Source: Candidatus Gottesmanbacteria bacterium (lineage in GTDB: Bacteria > Patescibacteriota > Microgenomatia > UBA10105 > UBA927). Taken from it: a stretch of DNA of 64,000 nt. Each line of letters opens with the position of its first letter. Position 1 is the first letter of the stretch. Location: contig JACREN010000037.1 of assembly GCA_016218255.1 (NCBI GenBank), positions 1,514-65,513 of the forward strand. Direction: 5' to 3'. The notes below the pieces were generated by a model that saw only the letters and a program-made list of their open reading frames with translations, made no database searches and was not told the origin of the DNA. Made by a program: the position numbers and the translations under genes. This document shows positions 30,237-41,094 of the stretch, piece by piece.

Positions 30237-31913
30237 ATGTTTCGCATGTGGCTGATTTTTTCATTATTCGCACTTCTCTTTTGTTTTATTTCCTTACGAT
30301 TATTTTATTGGCAAGTGATAGCGGGAGATCGGTTGAAAGCGCGTGCAGCATCTCAATATAGTGCTGAATTTATACTACCAGCGTCTCGTGGGAAAATACT
30401 TGCTTCTGACTCGAGTCCACTAGTGATTAATCAGCCTGCCTTTTTAGCGTACGCGGAACCTAAAAAAATAAAGAATATTTCTCATTTCCTTTCCTCAGTT
30501 CACACTGTTCTGGGAGCAAATGAAACTGATATAGATGGTTTGTTGGCTGATGAGGAGCGATCATGGGTGCTTCTTGCGCATAAAGTAGAGCTTCCTGTGG
30601 TTGAAAAACTGAAAGCGCTTGGTTTGTCAGGTTTAGGTTTTGAAAAAGAGCCAAAGCGGTATTATCCCGAAGCGTCGATGGCAGCCCATGTATTGGGGTT
30701 TGTCGGATCTGATGAGAATGGACGAGATAAAGGGTATTTCGGATTAGAAGGATATTACGATCGGGATCTCCGCGGAAAAGACGGAGTGGTTGAGTTGGAA
30801 AAAGACGCGAGAGGTATGCCGATTCTTATAGGTGAAGCCAAAAGGATTGAAGCTGAAGACGGGAGAACCCTTGTGCTGTGGGTGGACAAGAGTATCCAAA
30901 ATATATTGGAAAATCGGTTATCAGAAGGAATACGGAAGTACGGTGCACAGGAAGGATCAGTAGTCATTATGGATCCACAGACTGGGGGTATTTTGGGAAT
31001 GGTCAGTTTTCCTTCATACCATCCGCAAAATTTTCTGTCCTATGAAAAAACACTGTACAAAAATCCAATTGTAGCTTCATCGTATGAGCCGGGTTCTACG
31101 TTTAAAGCACTCGTTATGAGTGCAGGCATACAAGAAAAGGTGATATCACCAACAACGACCATGGAAGAAATAGGGCCTCTGAATGTCAATGAATATGCCA
31201 TCCGAACATGGAACAACGAATATCACGGAACGATAAATATGACAAAAGTGTTGGAGCGGTCATCGAATGTAGGCATGGTCTTTGTTGCACAAAAATTGGG
31301 CAAAGAGAGCTTGCTTCGTTATATCCGGGATTTTGGATTTGGTCAGCCGACCGGTATCGATGTGGAAGAGGAAAGCTCTCCAGCACTTCGGGACAGGAAA
31401 AATTGGACTGAGATAGACTACGCGACTGCCTCATTTGGGCAAGGCATCGCGGTGACTCCGATTCAAATGGTTCGGGCAGTTGGTGCACTTGCCAACGGCG
31501 GTTGGATCATGGAGCCGCACATAGTTAAGGAAATTATTGAATCTCGCGGTAGGGTGCTCAGGATAAAGCCAAAAAAAATCCGTCAGGTTATTAGTCCGGC
31601 CACGTCAAGAATTGTAACGGAAATGATGGTAGCGGCTGTGGATAACGGTGAAGCCAAATGGGCGAAGCCATCCGGCTACCGAATAGCCGGGAAAACAGGC
31701 ACGGCACAGATCCCAGTAGCAGGGCATTATGATGAAAAGAAAACAATTGCCTCATTTGTTGGTTTTGCACCGGCCGATAATCCAAAATTTGTTATGCTGG
31801 TCACGCTTCGGGAGCCAACAAGTTCGCCGTGGGGGTCGGAAACCGCGGCTCCGCTATTTTTTACGATTGCCAGAGACCTTTTTCGGTATTTTGGCATCAC
31901 ACCGGGCCAATAA
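30237..31913 (+). CDS. ftsI: Class B penicillin-binding protein (FtsI/PBP3-like)
   Basis: RGKI, RYYP, GLEGYYD, EPGSTFK (SxxK), SSN, KTGTAQ. Confidence 0.88.
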   Translation: MFRMWLIFSLFALLFCFISLRLFYWQVIAGDRLKARAASQYSAEFILPASRGKILASDSSPLVINQPAFLAYAEPKKIKNISHFLSSVHTVLGANETDIDGLLADEERSWVLLAHKVELPVVEKLKALGLSGLGFEKEPKRYYPEASMAAHVLGFVGSDENGRDKGYFGLEGYYDRDLRGKDGVVELEKDARGMPILIGEAKRIEAEDGRTLVLWVDKSIQNILENRLSEGIRKYGAQEGSVVIMDPQTGGILGMVSFPSYHPQNFLSYEKTLYKNPIVASSYEPGSTFKALVMSAGIQEKVISPTTTMEEIGPLNVNEYAIRTWNNEYHGTINMTKVLERSSNVGMVFVAQKLGKESLLRYIRDFGFGQPTGIDVEEESSPALRDRKNWTEIDYATASFGQGIAVTPIQMVRAVGALANGGWIMEPHIVKEIIESRGRVLRIKPKKIRQVISPATSRIVTEMMVAAVDNGEAKWAKPSGYRIAGKTGTAQIPVAGHYDEKKTIASFVGFAPADNPKFVMLVTLREPTSSPWGSETAAPLFFTIARDLFRYFGITPGQ

Positions 31914-31914
31914 A

Positions 31915-31923
31915 TGCTATAAT
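31915..31923 (+). promoter_or_regulatory. Extended -10 promoter (TGC-TATAAT) 6 nt before murE ATG
   Basis: tgctataat-aattac-ATG(31930). Confidence 0.6.
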
Positions 31924-31929
31924 AATTAC

Positions 31930-33111
31930 ATGCTTCGGAGCCTCAAGTGGCTTTATCATCTTCTTGTTGCCATATGTGCCGCATTGTGGTTTCGTATGCC
32001 GGCCAGAAAGCTTATAGTCGTTGGTGTCACGGGTACTGACGGAAAAACGACTACGACAAGTCTCATTTATGAAATCTTGAAGCTTTCGGGATACAAAGTT
32101 TCAATGATCACCTCAGTGAATGCGGTAATCGCAGGAGTCCCATACGATACTGGTTTTCATGTGACAACACCAACGGCATGGTGGGTGCAGAAGTATCTCC
32201 GAGAGGCAGTTAATCATGGCGATACTCATATGGTTCTTGAAGTGACTTCCCACGGACTTGCTCAAAATAGAGTATTTGGCATATCGTTTGCTGTCGGAGT
32301 TTTGACTAATATTACCCATGAGCATTTAGATTGGCACCGATCGTTTGATGATTACGTAAAAACGAAGTTGATGCTTCTTAAGAGTGCAAGTGCGGCAGTT
32401 CTTAATCGCGATGACGCAGTGATTTATGCCAAGGCGGTTGAACGTCTTCGAAATAAGAAATTGGTGTTATACGCGATACGGAGAGATGCTCTAATTACGC
32501 CAAAAACATATCCGTTTATTACGAAGCTGCCGGGGGAATTTAACCGGTATAATTGCTTGGCTGCATTGGCGGCAACGTATGCTTTAGGAGTTCCCAAGAA
32601 AAAAGCGCTCTCTGCAATTGCGCGTTTTCGCGGTGTGCCGGGAAGAATGGAGGTTATAGTTCGTAAACCATATGTAGTTATTGTCGATTTTGCCCATACA
32701 CCAAATGCACTTATTCAGGCGCTCAGAACCGTTCGGAAATTAGCCAAGAAGCGTCTTATCCATGTATTTGGGAGTGCCGGACTGCGAGATCACAGTAAGC
32801 GCCCACTTATGGGAAAAGCATCCAGTTCGTATGCCGATATAATTGTTCTTACGGAAGAGGACTATCGGACAGAGGATGTAAATATTATTATGGACGAATT
32901 GACAGCAGGGATTGAATCCGGAAAAGAGGTTCACCGTATCGTGAACCGTCAAGAGGCGATTGTATATGCTATGAAGATAGCGCGTCCTGGAGATGTGATT
33001 ATGATAACAGGAAAGGGGCACGAGAAGAGTTTATGCCGAGGTACGACAGAATATCCCTGGAGTGACCAGGAGGAAGTCAGAAAAAATTTACAGCTGCTCG
33101 TAAACACATGA
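31930..33111 (+). CDS. murE: MurE-family ligase (compact, lacks usual N-terminal domain)
   Basis: GVTGTDGKTTT, LEVTSHG, TNITHEHLDWH, PGRME, VDFAHTP, KRPLMG, GKGHE. Confidence 0.88.
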   Translation: MLRSLKWLYHLLVAICAALWFRMPARKLIVVGVTGTDGKTTTTSLIYEILKLSGYKVSMITSVNAVIAGVPYDTGFHVTTPTAWWVQKYLREAVNHGDTHMVLEVTSHGLAQNRVFGISFAVGVLTNITHEHLDWHRSFDDYVKTKLMLLKSASAAVLNRDDAVIYAKAVERLRNKKLVLYAIRRDALITPKTYPFITKLPGEFNRYNCLAALAATYALGVPKKKALSAIARFRGVPGRMEVIVRKPYVVIVDFAHTPNALIQALRTVRKLAKKRLIHVFGSAGLRDHSKRPLMGKASSSYADIIVLTEEDYRTEDVNIIMDELTAGIESGKEVHRIVNRQEAIVYAMKIARPGDVIMITGKGHEKSLCRGTTEYPWSDQEEVRKNLQLLVNT

Positions 33112-33854
33112 CGCAAATAAATTATCCGTACTATACATCAAAACTGCTCTCTTCTGTGCCGGGCTTAATACATGGATTTTCTACGAAAAGAATGGGCGAC
33201 ATGAGAAACCGAAAGGCGAGAAAATTATTTCTTTCGCAGTTGTCTGTTCGCGATATATTTCTTTCTATGGCCGAACAGGTGCATGGTACATCAATCACCA
33301 TTCTTGAAAGTTTAGATGTTGTGACTGATACTAAGGCTGTCGGATCTGACGGTATCGTGTCGAAAGCAATCATGAAAAATGATACCCACCATGTATTAGG
33401 TGTGCGCGTGGCGGATTGTGTGCCAATAATAGCCGTGGATCCAGAAGCCAGAGTTATTGGTGTGGCTCATGCTGGATGGAAGGGCACCATTGGGGGGATA
33501 TCGGGAACGTTACTCAAGTCTATGAAGAAGGTTGGCGCAAAGATGGATCGAGTTTTAGTTTGGGTTGGTCCTCACATCGAGAAATGTTGCTATAGCGTTT
33601 CTTATGATAGAGCATTGAGATTTGTGCAGGCGTTTCATGGAAATCCAACTATTGCATCAAAAATTGGGGCTACCTGGCATGTGGATATCGGCAATGCAAA
33701 TGTGATCCAGTTAACGAATATGGGTGTTCGACCGGATAATATCGACATGCTTTCCGCGTGCACCCGTTGTCAGGCTGATGACTTTTTTTCATATAGAAGA
33801 GATTCAAAGAATTCCTTTGGGGAAATGCTTGGAGTTGTTGGATTCCGTGAATAA
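33108..33854 (+). CDS. pgeF: Peptidoglycan editing factor PgeF/YfiH
   Basis: HGFSTK, EQVHG, VADCVP, AHAGWKG, GPHI..CCY, CTRC..FFSYRR. Confidence 0.9.
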   Translation: MTQINYPYYTSKLLSSVPGLIHGFSTKRMGDMRNRKARKLFLSQLSVRDIFLSMAEQVHGTSITILESLDVVTDTKAVGSDGIVSKAIMKNDTHHVLGVRVADCVPIIAVDPEARVIGVAHAGWKGTIGGISGTLLKSMKKVGAKMDRVLVWVGPHIEKCCYSVSYDRALRFVQAFHGNPTIASKIGATWHVDIGNANVIQLTNMGVRPDNIDMLSACTRCQADDFFSYRRDSKNSFGEMLGVVGFRE

Positions 33855-33859
33855 GGCAT

Positions 33860-35281
33860 ATGAATATTGATTGGGAAGAAATACATTCAATTCATTTTGT
33901 TGGTTTGAAGGGCGTGGCTATGACTGCGCTTGCTGTGTGGGCAAAAGAGGCTGGTTTCCGGGTTAGCGGTTCTGATGTGGATGATATTTTCCCCACGGAT
34001 GAAATATTAGCCGATGCGAATATCCGCGCGCACGTGGGTTTTGACTCTCAAACACTAAAGAAAAAGCGTCCGGACCTCGTGATTTATACCGGAGCGCATG
34101 GAGGTCAGGATAATGATGAGGTGAGAGAGGCAAAATCATTAGGAATTCGCATTATGTCTCATGGGCAAGCATTGGGAGAGGTGATGAGGAGAAAGCGACA
34201 GATATCGGTTGCGGGAAGCCATGGAAAAACGACGACAACGGCAATGATTGCGACTATTTTGTGCTCTGCTGGTAAAGATCCATCCTATGCCATCGGGTGC
34301 GGTAAAATTTTTGGCTTGGGTCTGCCCGGAAGAAGCGGCTACGGCGATTGGTTCCTCGCTGAGGCAGACGAATATGTTACTGATCCTCATCACGACATGA
34401 CACCGAGATTCCTGTGGCAAAATCCGGAAATACTTGTAGTGACGAATATAGATTTTGACCATCCGGACGCATATTCATCGTTGGGCGAAATTCAGCAGGC
34501 CTTCGTAAAGCTGGCTTCGCAGCAACAGGGAAGACGAGTAACCATTGTGAATGCAGATGATGAAGCAAGTGCGGTACTTTTGGGCGATGGTTTGAATGAT
34601 ATCACCACATACGGTCTTTCTCCGCGCGCAGGGTTACGCGTCTTACATGTTGGATTTGGTGAAAGGAGGACTTTTTTTACATTGTCGGAAAATGGTGTTC
34701 CTGTCGGAGAATTCACTATAAAGGTTCCGGGTCTTCATAATGTGGTAAATGCCGCTGCGGCAGCTGCTGCAGCTCGGTCTGTTGGTGTGCGTTGGGATGA
34801 TATAAAGGCGGGATTATTATTATTCGGAGGAACGAAGCGGAGGTTCGAAGAGATTGGCAAAATTCACGGTTGTACGGTATATGATGATTATGCCCATCAT
34901 CCTAAAGAAATACAGGCCACATTGGCAGCTGCGCGTGCGTGGTATCCAAAGCAAAGAATCATAACGGTTTTTCAACCACATACATATTCGCGCACGAAGG
35001 CATTGCTTGCTTACTTTGGAGTGAGTTTTGATAAGTCCGATATTGTCGTAATTGCGGATATCTACGCATCAGCGCGGGAACATGACACGCTTGGTATAAC
35101 CAGCGGAGATCTGGCGTCTGAGATACGGAAGCGGCAGGTCAATGTTCATCAATTGCACTCATATGATTCTGTTTCAGCATTCCTGTTGAGAGAAGGTCGT
35201 GATGGGGATATTATGATTTTTATGGGGGCCGGAGATATAGCCGGATGGGGACAACAATTTGTCTCGGAGATGACGCAATAA
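33860..35281 (+). CDS. murC: UDP-N-acetylmuramate--L-alanine ligase
   Basis: HFVGLKGVAM, VAGSHGKTTT, EADEY, TNIDFDHPD, RRFE, DDYAHHPKE, FQPHTYSRT. Confidence 0.93.
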   Translation: MNIDWEEIHSIHFVGLKGVAMTALAVWAKEAGFRVSGSDVDDIFPTDEILADANIRAHVGFDSQTLKKKRPDLVIYTGAHGGQDNDEVREAKSLGIRIMSHGQALGEVMRRKRQISVAGSHGKTTTTAMIATILCSAGKDPSYAIGCGKIFGLGLPGRSGYGDWFLAEADEYVTDPHHDMTPRFLWQNPEILVVTNIDFDHPDAYSSLGEIQQAFVKLASQQQGRRVTIVNADDEASAVLLGDGLNDITTYGLSPRAGLRVLHVGFGERRTFFTLSENGVPVGEFTIKVPGLHNVVNAAAAAAAARSVGVRWDDIKAGLLLFGGTKRRFEEIGKIHGCTVYDDYAHHPKEIQATLAAARAWYPKQRIITVFQPHTYSRTKALLAYFGVSFDKSDIVVIADIYASAREHDTLGITSGDLASEIRKRQVNVHQLHSYDSVSAFLLREGRDGDIMIFMGAGDIAGWGQQFVSEMTQ

Positions 35282-35286
35282 TCAGT

Positions 35287-36270
35287 ATGAAATCTACTAT
35301 AGAAGAGCTAAAAGAAGTGTTGGGCGACCGTCTACACATAAATGTACCTTTGGCTCCTTATACCACTCTAAAGATTGGCGGCTTAGCAGACGCATGGTGC
35401 GAGGTGCATTCTGTGGATGATTTGGTTGAGGTTGCTACAGCAGCTCGAATACGGAATATACCTGTAACTTTATTGGGTGGCGGGTCAAATGTGCTTATCA
35501 GCGATAAGGGCATTCGTGGACTGGTAATAAAAAACAATACTGAATCAATTTCTATGAGAGGGGCCAGGGGGAAGCTCAGCGCTGGGAAATCAGAGCGGCT
35601 CGTCTATGTGGAGGCTGATAGCGGCGTAGTGATGAATAAACTTGTCCGGTTTACCTGTGATGAAGGATTGGCTGGGCTAGAGATGCATCTGGGACTTCCT
35701 GGAACCGTAGGGGGGGCTTTATATATGAATTCTAAATGGATGCGTCCCGAAGGTTATGTTGGGGATGTCGTATATCAGGCAGAAATATTAGACGAAAAGA
35801 ATATCCGACGGATAGTACCAAATTCGTATTTTCAATTCGGATATGACTATAGCAGTATTCAGAAAACTCACGATATCGTTCTTCGTGTTGTGTTTGTGTT
35901 AGCGCAAAGTGATGTTAAGCATCTGTGGCAAATTGCGAACGCCAGTATTGCATATAGGAGACAAACGCAGCCTCAGGGGGTGCGAAGTCCAGGCTGTACA
36001 TTTCGAAATATATCTGCTGCTCAGGCGTTAATTTCGTCGTTGCCAGAAGGTAGTACATCGGCGGGTTTTTTGCTAGATCATGCCGGGGTAAAGAAATATT
36101 GCGTCCGCGACGCGGAAATATCAAATGTTCATGCAAATTTTATTGTCAATAAAGGAAAAGCTACTGCAGATGATGTGGTACAATTAATAAATAGAGCAAA
36201 AGAACAGGTTAAACGGCAATTCGGAGTGACTCTTGAGGAAGAAATTGTACGATTGGGAGAATTTTCATGA
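35287..36270 (+). CDS. murB: UDP-N-acetylenolpyruvoylglucosamine reductase
   Basis: TTLKIGG, LGGGSNVL, GLPGTVGGALYMN, PGCTFRN, HANFIVN, LEEEI. Confidence 0.93.
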   Translation: MKSTIEELKEVLGDRLHINVPLAPYTTLKIGGLADAWCEVHSVDDLVEVATAARIRNIPVTLLGGGSNVLISDKGIRGLVIKNNTESISMRGARGKLSAGKSERLVYVEADSGVVMNKLVRFTCDEGLAGLEMHLGLPGTVGGALYMNSKWMRPEGYVGDVVYQAEILDEKNIRRIVPNSYFQFGYDYSSIQKTHDIVLRVVFVLAQSDVKHLWQIANASIAYRRQTQPQGVRSPGCTFRNISAAQALISSLPEGSTSAGFLLDHAGVKKYCVRDAEISNVHANFIVNKGKATADDVVQLINRAKEQVKRQFGVTLEEEIVRLGEFS

Positions 36271-37607
36271 GCATGCAGACATTAATTATACAAGGTGGGA
36301 TCCCTTTGCGGGGTGAAATTGCGGTTGCAGGAGCTAAAAATGTGGCTCTAAAGGCATTTGCTTCTGCAATATTAACTGACGACAGGGTAGAAATACTAAA
36401 TGTTCCTCTAATTGCGGATGTTTATTACATGCTTGATGTTTTAAAAAGCCTCGGTATAGAAACCGATATCCATGATCATTCGGTTCAGATTCAGAGCTTT
36501 TCCTTGAAGAATACGACTGTGCCGATTGATATAGGTGCTCGACTTCGGACATCTTCTTTGGTTGTCGGTCCGCTTTTGGCGCGGTTTGGTGAGGCTCGTA
36601 TTCCAAATCCTGGCGGATGCCGGATCGGCGCCAGGCCAATAGATAGACATATTCATGGGCTCCAGAAGATGGGCGCGAAGATAACGTATCATCCAGAGGA
36701 TGGTTTTTTCTATTTGCAGGCGTCGAAGCTGCATGGAGCAGAAATAGAGTTCGAGAAAAATACACATACCGGAACCGAGGCACTGATATTAGCAGCAGTG
36801 CTCGCAGAAGGAGAAACCGTGCTAAAAAATGCTGCCTGTGAGGTTGAGGTGGATGACCTTATCCGGTTTTTGGTTTCAATGGGTGCACAAGTTAAACGAA
36901 TCAAGGAGCGGGAAATTGTGATTCGTGGAGTATCGAAGCTTCATGGGGCCAGATTCTCATTAATGCCGGATCGGAATGAAGAGGTAACATTTGCGCTCGC
37001 AGCTGTAGCAACCGGTGGAGACGTGATTGTTCGTCATTCTAGACGTGCTCATTTAGGTGCTTTTTTAAAGGTATTTGCTCAAGCAGGAGGATCACATGAA
37101 GTAATTGATGATACAACGACTAGATACGTTCAAAAAGGGCCGATTCAGTCAACCGATATCGTGACAAAGCCACACCCTGGCTTTATGACGGATTGGCAGG
37201 CACCATGGGCTCTCTATATGACGCAGGCAGTCGGGATATCAACGATACACGAGACGGTGTTTGAGAGTAGATTTTCCTATGTGTCAGAATTGCGCAAAAT
37301 GGGAGCACACATTGATTTTTTTGACCCGCCAGTTCAGGACCCTGAATCGTATTATAATTTTAACTGGAGTGACCGACTCGAAGGATACCATCAGGCAATA
37401 CGGATTTTTGGACCAACTCCGCTTCACGATGCGGTTGTAGAAATTGATGATCTGCGCGCAGGTGCAACCGTGCTTTTAGCTGCGCTTGTCGCTTCTGGAA
37501 CTAGTTATATTCACGGTGTCGAGCAGATTGACCGCGGATATGAGAATATAGAAGAGCGTTTTCAAAAGCTTGGTGCCCGTATTACACGAAAGGAGAAGGA
37601 ATTATGA
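36267..37607 (+). CDS. murA: UDP-N-acetylglucosamine 1-carboxyvinyltransferase
   Basis: GAKNVALK, PGGCRIGARPID, MPDRNE, PHPGFMTD, HETVFESR, DLRAGA, IDRGYE. Confidence 0.93.
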   Translation: MSMQTLIIQGGIPLRGEIAVAGAKNVALKAFASAILTDDRVEILNVPLIADVYYMLDVLKSLGIETDIHDHSVQIQSFSLKNTTVPIDIGARLRTSSLVVGPLLARFGEARIPNPGGCRIGARPIDRHIHGLQKMGAKITYHPEDGFFYLQASKLHGAEIEFEKNTHTGTEALILAAVLAEGETVLKNAACEVEVDDLIRFLVSMGAQVKRIKEREIVIRGVSKLHGARFSLMPDRNEEVTFALAAVATGGDVIVRHSRRAHLGAFLKVFAQAGGSHEVIDDTTTRYVQKGPIQSTDIVTKPHPGFMTDWQAPWALYMTQAVGISTIHETVFESRFSYVSELRKMGAHIDFFDPPVQDPESYYNFNWSDRLEGYHQAIRIFGPTPLHDAVVEIDDLRAGATVLLAALVASGTSYIHGVEQIDRGYENIEERFQKLGARITRKEKEL

Positions 37608-38911
37608 GCAGGGAGTTAATTGCAGTCGTGTTAGCAGGCGGTGCAGGAAGCAGATTCTGGCCGATCACAACAAATAAGCTGTTATTACCCTTTTTAGGAC
37701 GAAGGTTTATTGATTTTTCAGTGGCTGATGTAATGCCTAAAGAGATTACCCGCATGGTAATCATAACGAGCACTGAAAATAAAGAAACCATTGACTCAAT
37801 GCACTTTGGAGTTCCTACGGTGACGGTCTTGCAGCATAGGCCGATGGGTATGGCAGACGCACTGCTCTCTGCCTCCTCAGAATTGGAAAACGCCCGTTTG
37901 CTCGTTATAATTGCCGACGACTTACTGGATAGAAAAATATTGAAGTCTGTTGCAGGATATGCTGATAAAAAAGAAATATATGGCGCTATTCCCGGCTGGA
38001 AAACACCATCATATTTCCCAGGTGGATACATTATGACAGTGGGTGATCGGATCGTAAACATCGTTGAAAAACCGGGTGAAGGAAAAGAACCGAGCAATTT
38101 CGTCGCTGTATCTGGGCACTATATTGCAGATAGCAATGCGCTTCTAAAGGAAATACGGGCGGCACAAAGCACTGCCGATGATGTATATGAGCGAGCGGTA
38201 TCCGTGCTTATGCGGAGAGAACAGTTTTGCATGGTTCCATATAGTGGTAATTTTATTTCCCTGAAATACCCCTGGGATGTACTATCTGCGATGGATTATC
38301 TTCTGAAATCACGATTACGGCCCCACAGGGGGAAAAACGTATCGATACGTGATTCAGTCATTATTGAAGGAGATGTATACATAGATGATGGTGTTCAAAT
38401 ATTTGAACATACAAAAATTGTTGGCCCCTGTTATATTGGGAAAAATTCGATTATCGGCAACAATAACTTAATTAGACACAGTCATATCGGTGAAAATTGT
38501 GTGAGCGGATTTAACACAGATATTACACGCAGTTACATAGGAAATAACTGCTGGTTTCATAGCAATTATATTGGGGATAGCTTCCTTGAAGGGAATATCA
38601 GCATGGGGTCCGGTACTGTACTTGCTAATCTTAAACTTGATGAGGCCGGAATTGGGTCGCAGGTAAAAGATGTCCGTATTGAAACTGGACTGAACAGACT
38701 TGGAGCAGTGATTGGTCAGGGGGTGCGTCTTGGAGTGAATATTAGCGTGATGCCGGGAGTAAAGATCGGTAGTGGGTCTTTTGTCGGAGCGGGTGTCATT
38801 CTTGATAAAGATATACCGGAACATAGCTTTTGTAAAGCGACCGCAGGGTATACCATCGGAAAGAACAACATATCCGTTGCCCCTCGGAGCGCAAATCAGT
38901 TTAAATATTAA
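37604..38911 (+). CDS. Bifunctional sugar-1-phosphate nucleotidyltransferase/acetyltransferase (archaeal GlmU-like)
   Basis: LAGGAGSRFWP..NK, IVEKP, YPWD, hexapeptide repeats, YIGDS..G.N..MGSGTVLAN, GAVIG. Confidence 0.8.
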   Translation: MSRELIAVVLAGGAGSRFWPITTNKLLLPFLGRRFIDFSVADVMPKEITRMVIITSTENKETIDSMHFGVPTVTVLQHRPMGMADALLSASSELENARLLVIIADDLLDRKILKSVAGYADKKEIYGAIPGWKTPSYFPGGYIMTVGDRIVNIVEKPGEGKEPSNFVAVSGHYIADSNALLKEIRAAQSTADDVYERAVSVLMRREQFCMVPYSGNFISLKYPWDVLSAMDYLLKSRLRPHRGKNVSIRDSVIIEGDVYIDDGVQIFEHTKIVGPCYIGKNSIIGNNNLIRHSHIGENCVSGFNTDITRSYIGNNCWFHSNYIGDSFLEGNISMGSGTVLANLKLDEAGIGSQVKDVRIETGLNRLGAVIGQGVRLGVNISVMPGVKIGSGSFVGAGVILDKDIPEHSFCKATAGYTIGKNNISVAPRSANQFKY

Positions 38912-39634
38912 ATGAAGCGGCAGTCTATAATTATTCTTCATGGTTGGGGTTTGTCAGGCGAAAGGTTTTTGCCGTTAGCTGAAGAACTTCGGGCACGAGG
39001 TTATACGGCTTATGTGCCAGACATGCCGGGTTTTGGTGCGAGCAGTGTTCCCAAAAATTCCCTCACATTGGCTGATTATGCGAATTTTCTTAATATATTT
39101 ATACAGAAACATGATATCCGTAATCCTGTATTGATTGGCCATTCTTTTGGCGGAAGAGTGTCGATCAAATATAACATGATGTATCCAAAAATTGTTCGAG
39201 CACTTATTTTAACCGGAACGCCGGGATTTACCCCTGTAAACAGGAAAAAATTACTGTTATTTATTTTTTTGGCAAAAGTTGGTGGAGCTTTTTGGTCTTT
39301 ACCGCCATTTTGTTTGTTTAGAGAATTTGTTCAGAAATGGTATTACTACGCAGTCGGTGCAAGAGATTTTTATCGCGCGGAGGGCTCAATGAGACAAACG
39401 TTTAAAAATATTGTTCAAGAAGATTTGGAATTGGCGATGAAGTCTGTGAAAATTCCTTGTCTTCTGCTGTGGGGTGGGCAGGATACGATAGTGCCGATTT
39501 CAATTGCGCATAAAATGGCAGCTATCATGGGGACGAGTACTTTAATAACCATTCCCGATTTTGGTCATAACGTGCCATATAGAAATTCCGCCAGGTTTGC
39601 TCATCTCGTGGCGCAATTTATTCATCGCATATGA
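38912..39634 (+). CDS. Alpha/beta-fold hydrolase
   Basis: LHGWG, DMPGFG, GHSFGG nucleophile elbow, WGGQD, GH. Confidence 0.88.
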   Translation: MKRQSIIILHGWGLSGERFLPLAEELRARGYTAYVPDMPGFGASSVPKNSLTLADYANFLNIFIQKHDIRNPVLIGHSFGGRVSIKYNMMYPKIVRALILTGTPGFTPVNRKKLLLFIFLAKVGGAFWSLPPFCLFREFVQKWYYYAVGARDFYRAEGSMRQTFKNIVQEDLELAMKSVKIPCLLLWGGQDTIVPISIAHKMAAIMGTSTLITIPDFGHNVPYRNSARFAHLVAQFIHRI

Positions 39635-41094
39635 ACTCATTGCTTGACGTAATTTTAGTGATTTGGTGGTTTCGCATCGTCGCGAATATCGCCTCGTGCA
39701 TACAATTGTGGTATATAAAAGAATACCGTATCGATCGCATGTTGGTCCATCTCAAAACAGAAGAGGGCAAAGGCGTTCTGTGGATGGATTTTCGGAGGCC
39801 AAGAATATCTCCAAAGACGATCGTATTGGGTATAAGCTGTGCACTGGCGGTTTACACGCTATATAGTTCTCTTTCGATTCATCCATTGTTGCGGTTGTTT
39901 GTCATAGACTGCCTTACGTTTCCAATAGTTTCGGTTTTAGTCTTGCTATTTCAAGTTCCCACACACCTATATCATGAAATTATCATCGCGAGGGCCGATG
40001 CGAAAATCCGAAACCACGCACCGCTTGTAGTAATCGGCATCACCGGAAGCTATGGGAAGACTTCTATTAAAGAATTTCTTTCTGTTATTCTCTCTTCCCA
40101 ATATCGGATCCTCAAAACTGAATCCAGCAAAAACTCAGCTATCGCGGTCGCTGAGACGGTTATAACAAAACTTCTTCCGGATCATGAGATGTTTGTGGTC
40201 GAAATGGCAGCATATAAAAAGGGCGAAATCGCGCGTATCGCCGCGATGGTACACCCATCGGTTGCGATAGTCGGTCCTATAAATGCGCAACATCAGGACC
40301 TTTTCGGTTCGATGGAAGAGACTGTGCGTGCGAAGTATGAGCTCGTTGAGGCATTGCCGAATAATCAGATAGTGGTAATGAATGCAGATAATGCATATAC
40401 GAGATCGATGGGTGAAATGGCAGCTCGTCATGGTAAAACTGTATGGTGGTATACGACAAAAAATTGGTCAATTCCTAAGACAGGCGCAATTTTTCGGGCA
40501 GAGCATATACAGACTGATGAGCGACAAATAGCGTGTATTATTAGTTTTAGAAGGGAACGCGAAAAAATTGCTGTTCAGATATTGGGAGAGCACCAAGCCG
40601 GTAACATAGTGGCAAGTATTGCCGGTGCCGTGGCTGCAGGTATGAAGTTTTCGGATGCTGCGCGTGCAGCATGCCGGATTAGACCGTTTACAAAAACGAT
40701 GCAACCCGTATTGGGAGTAAACGGCGCTGCTTTCATCGATGACACATTTAATAACAATCCGGATGCTGCGCTAGCGGCAATAGAATACCTTAGGGGGAGG
40801 AAGGGCAGAAAAATTTTAGTATTTCAGCCTATGATTGAATTGGGAAAATATGGTGAGGCAAGTCATTTTGATGTCGGGAGGGCAGCAGGATCCGTTTGTG
40901 ACGATATTTTATTAACGAACCGGAATTATTTCGATTCGTTTGTGGGCGGTGCTCGAAGCGTGAAGGCATCGAAAAAAGTACGCGTGCTATCGCCAAGCAA
41001 AGCTGCGGGGTATATCCGGTCCAGAATCGGGCCCAATGACACAGTATTATTTAAGGGTAAAGAGGCGGAACGCGTTTTGGGTAAACTTATATGA
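39631..41094 (+). CDS. murF: MurF-family ligase with N-terminal membrane segments
   Basis: Hydrophobic N-terminal ~110 aa, GITGSYGKTSIKE, VEMAAY, IDDTFNNNP, MIELG, VLFKG. Confidence 0.78.
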   Translation: MNSLLDVILVIWWFRIVANIASCIQLWYIKEYRIDRMLVHLKTEEGKGVLWMDFRRPRISPKTIVLGISCALAVYTLYSSLSIHPLLRLFVIDCLTFPIVSVLVLLFQVPTHLYHEIIIARADAKIRNHAPLVVIGITGSYGKTSIKEFLSVILSSQYRILKTESSKNSAIAVAETVITKLLPDHEMFVVEMAAYKKGEIARIAAMVHPSVAIVGPINAQHQDLFGSMEETVRAKYELVEALPNNQIVVMNADNAYTRSMGEMAARHGKTVWWYTTKNWSIPKTGAIFRAEHIQTDERQIACIISFRREREKIAVQILGEHQAGNIVASIAGAVAAGMKFSDAARAACRIRPFTKTMQPVLGVNGAAFIDDTFNNNPDAALAAIEYLRGRKGRKILVFQPMIELGKYGEASHFDVGRAAGSVCDDILLTNRNYFDSFVGGARSVKASKKVRVLSPSKAAGYIRSRIGPNDTVLFKGKEAERVLGKLI

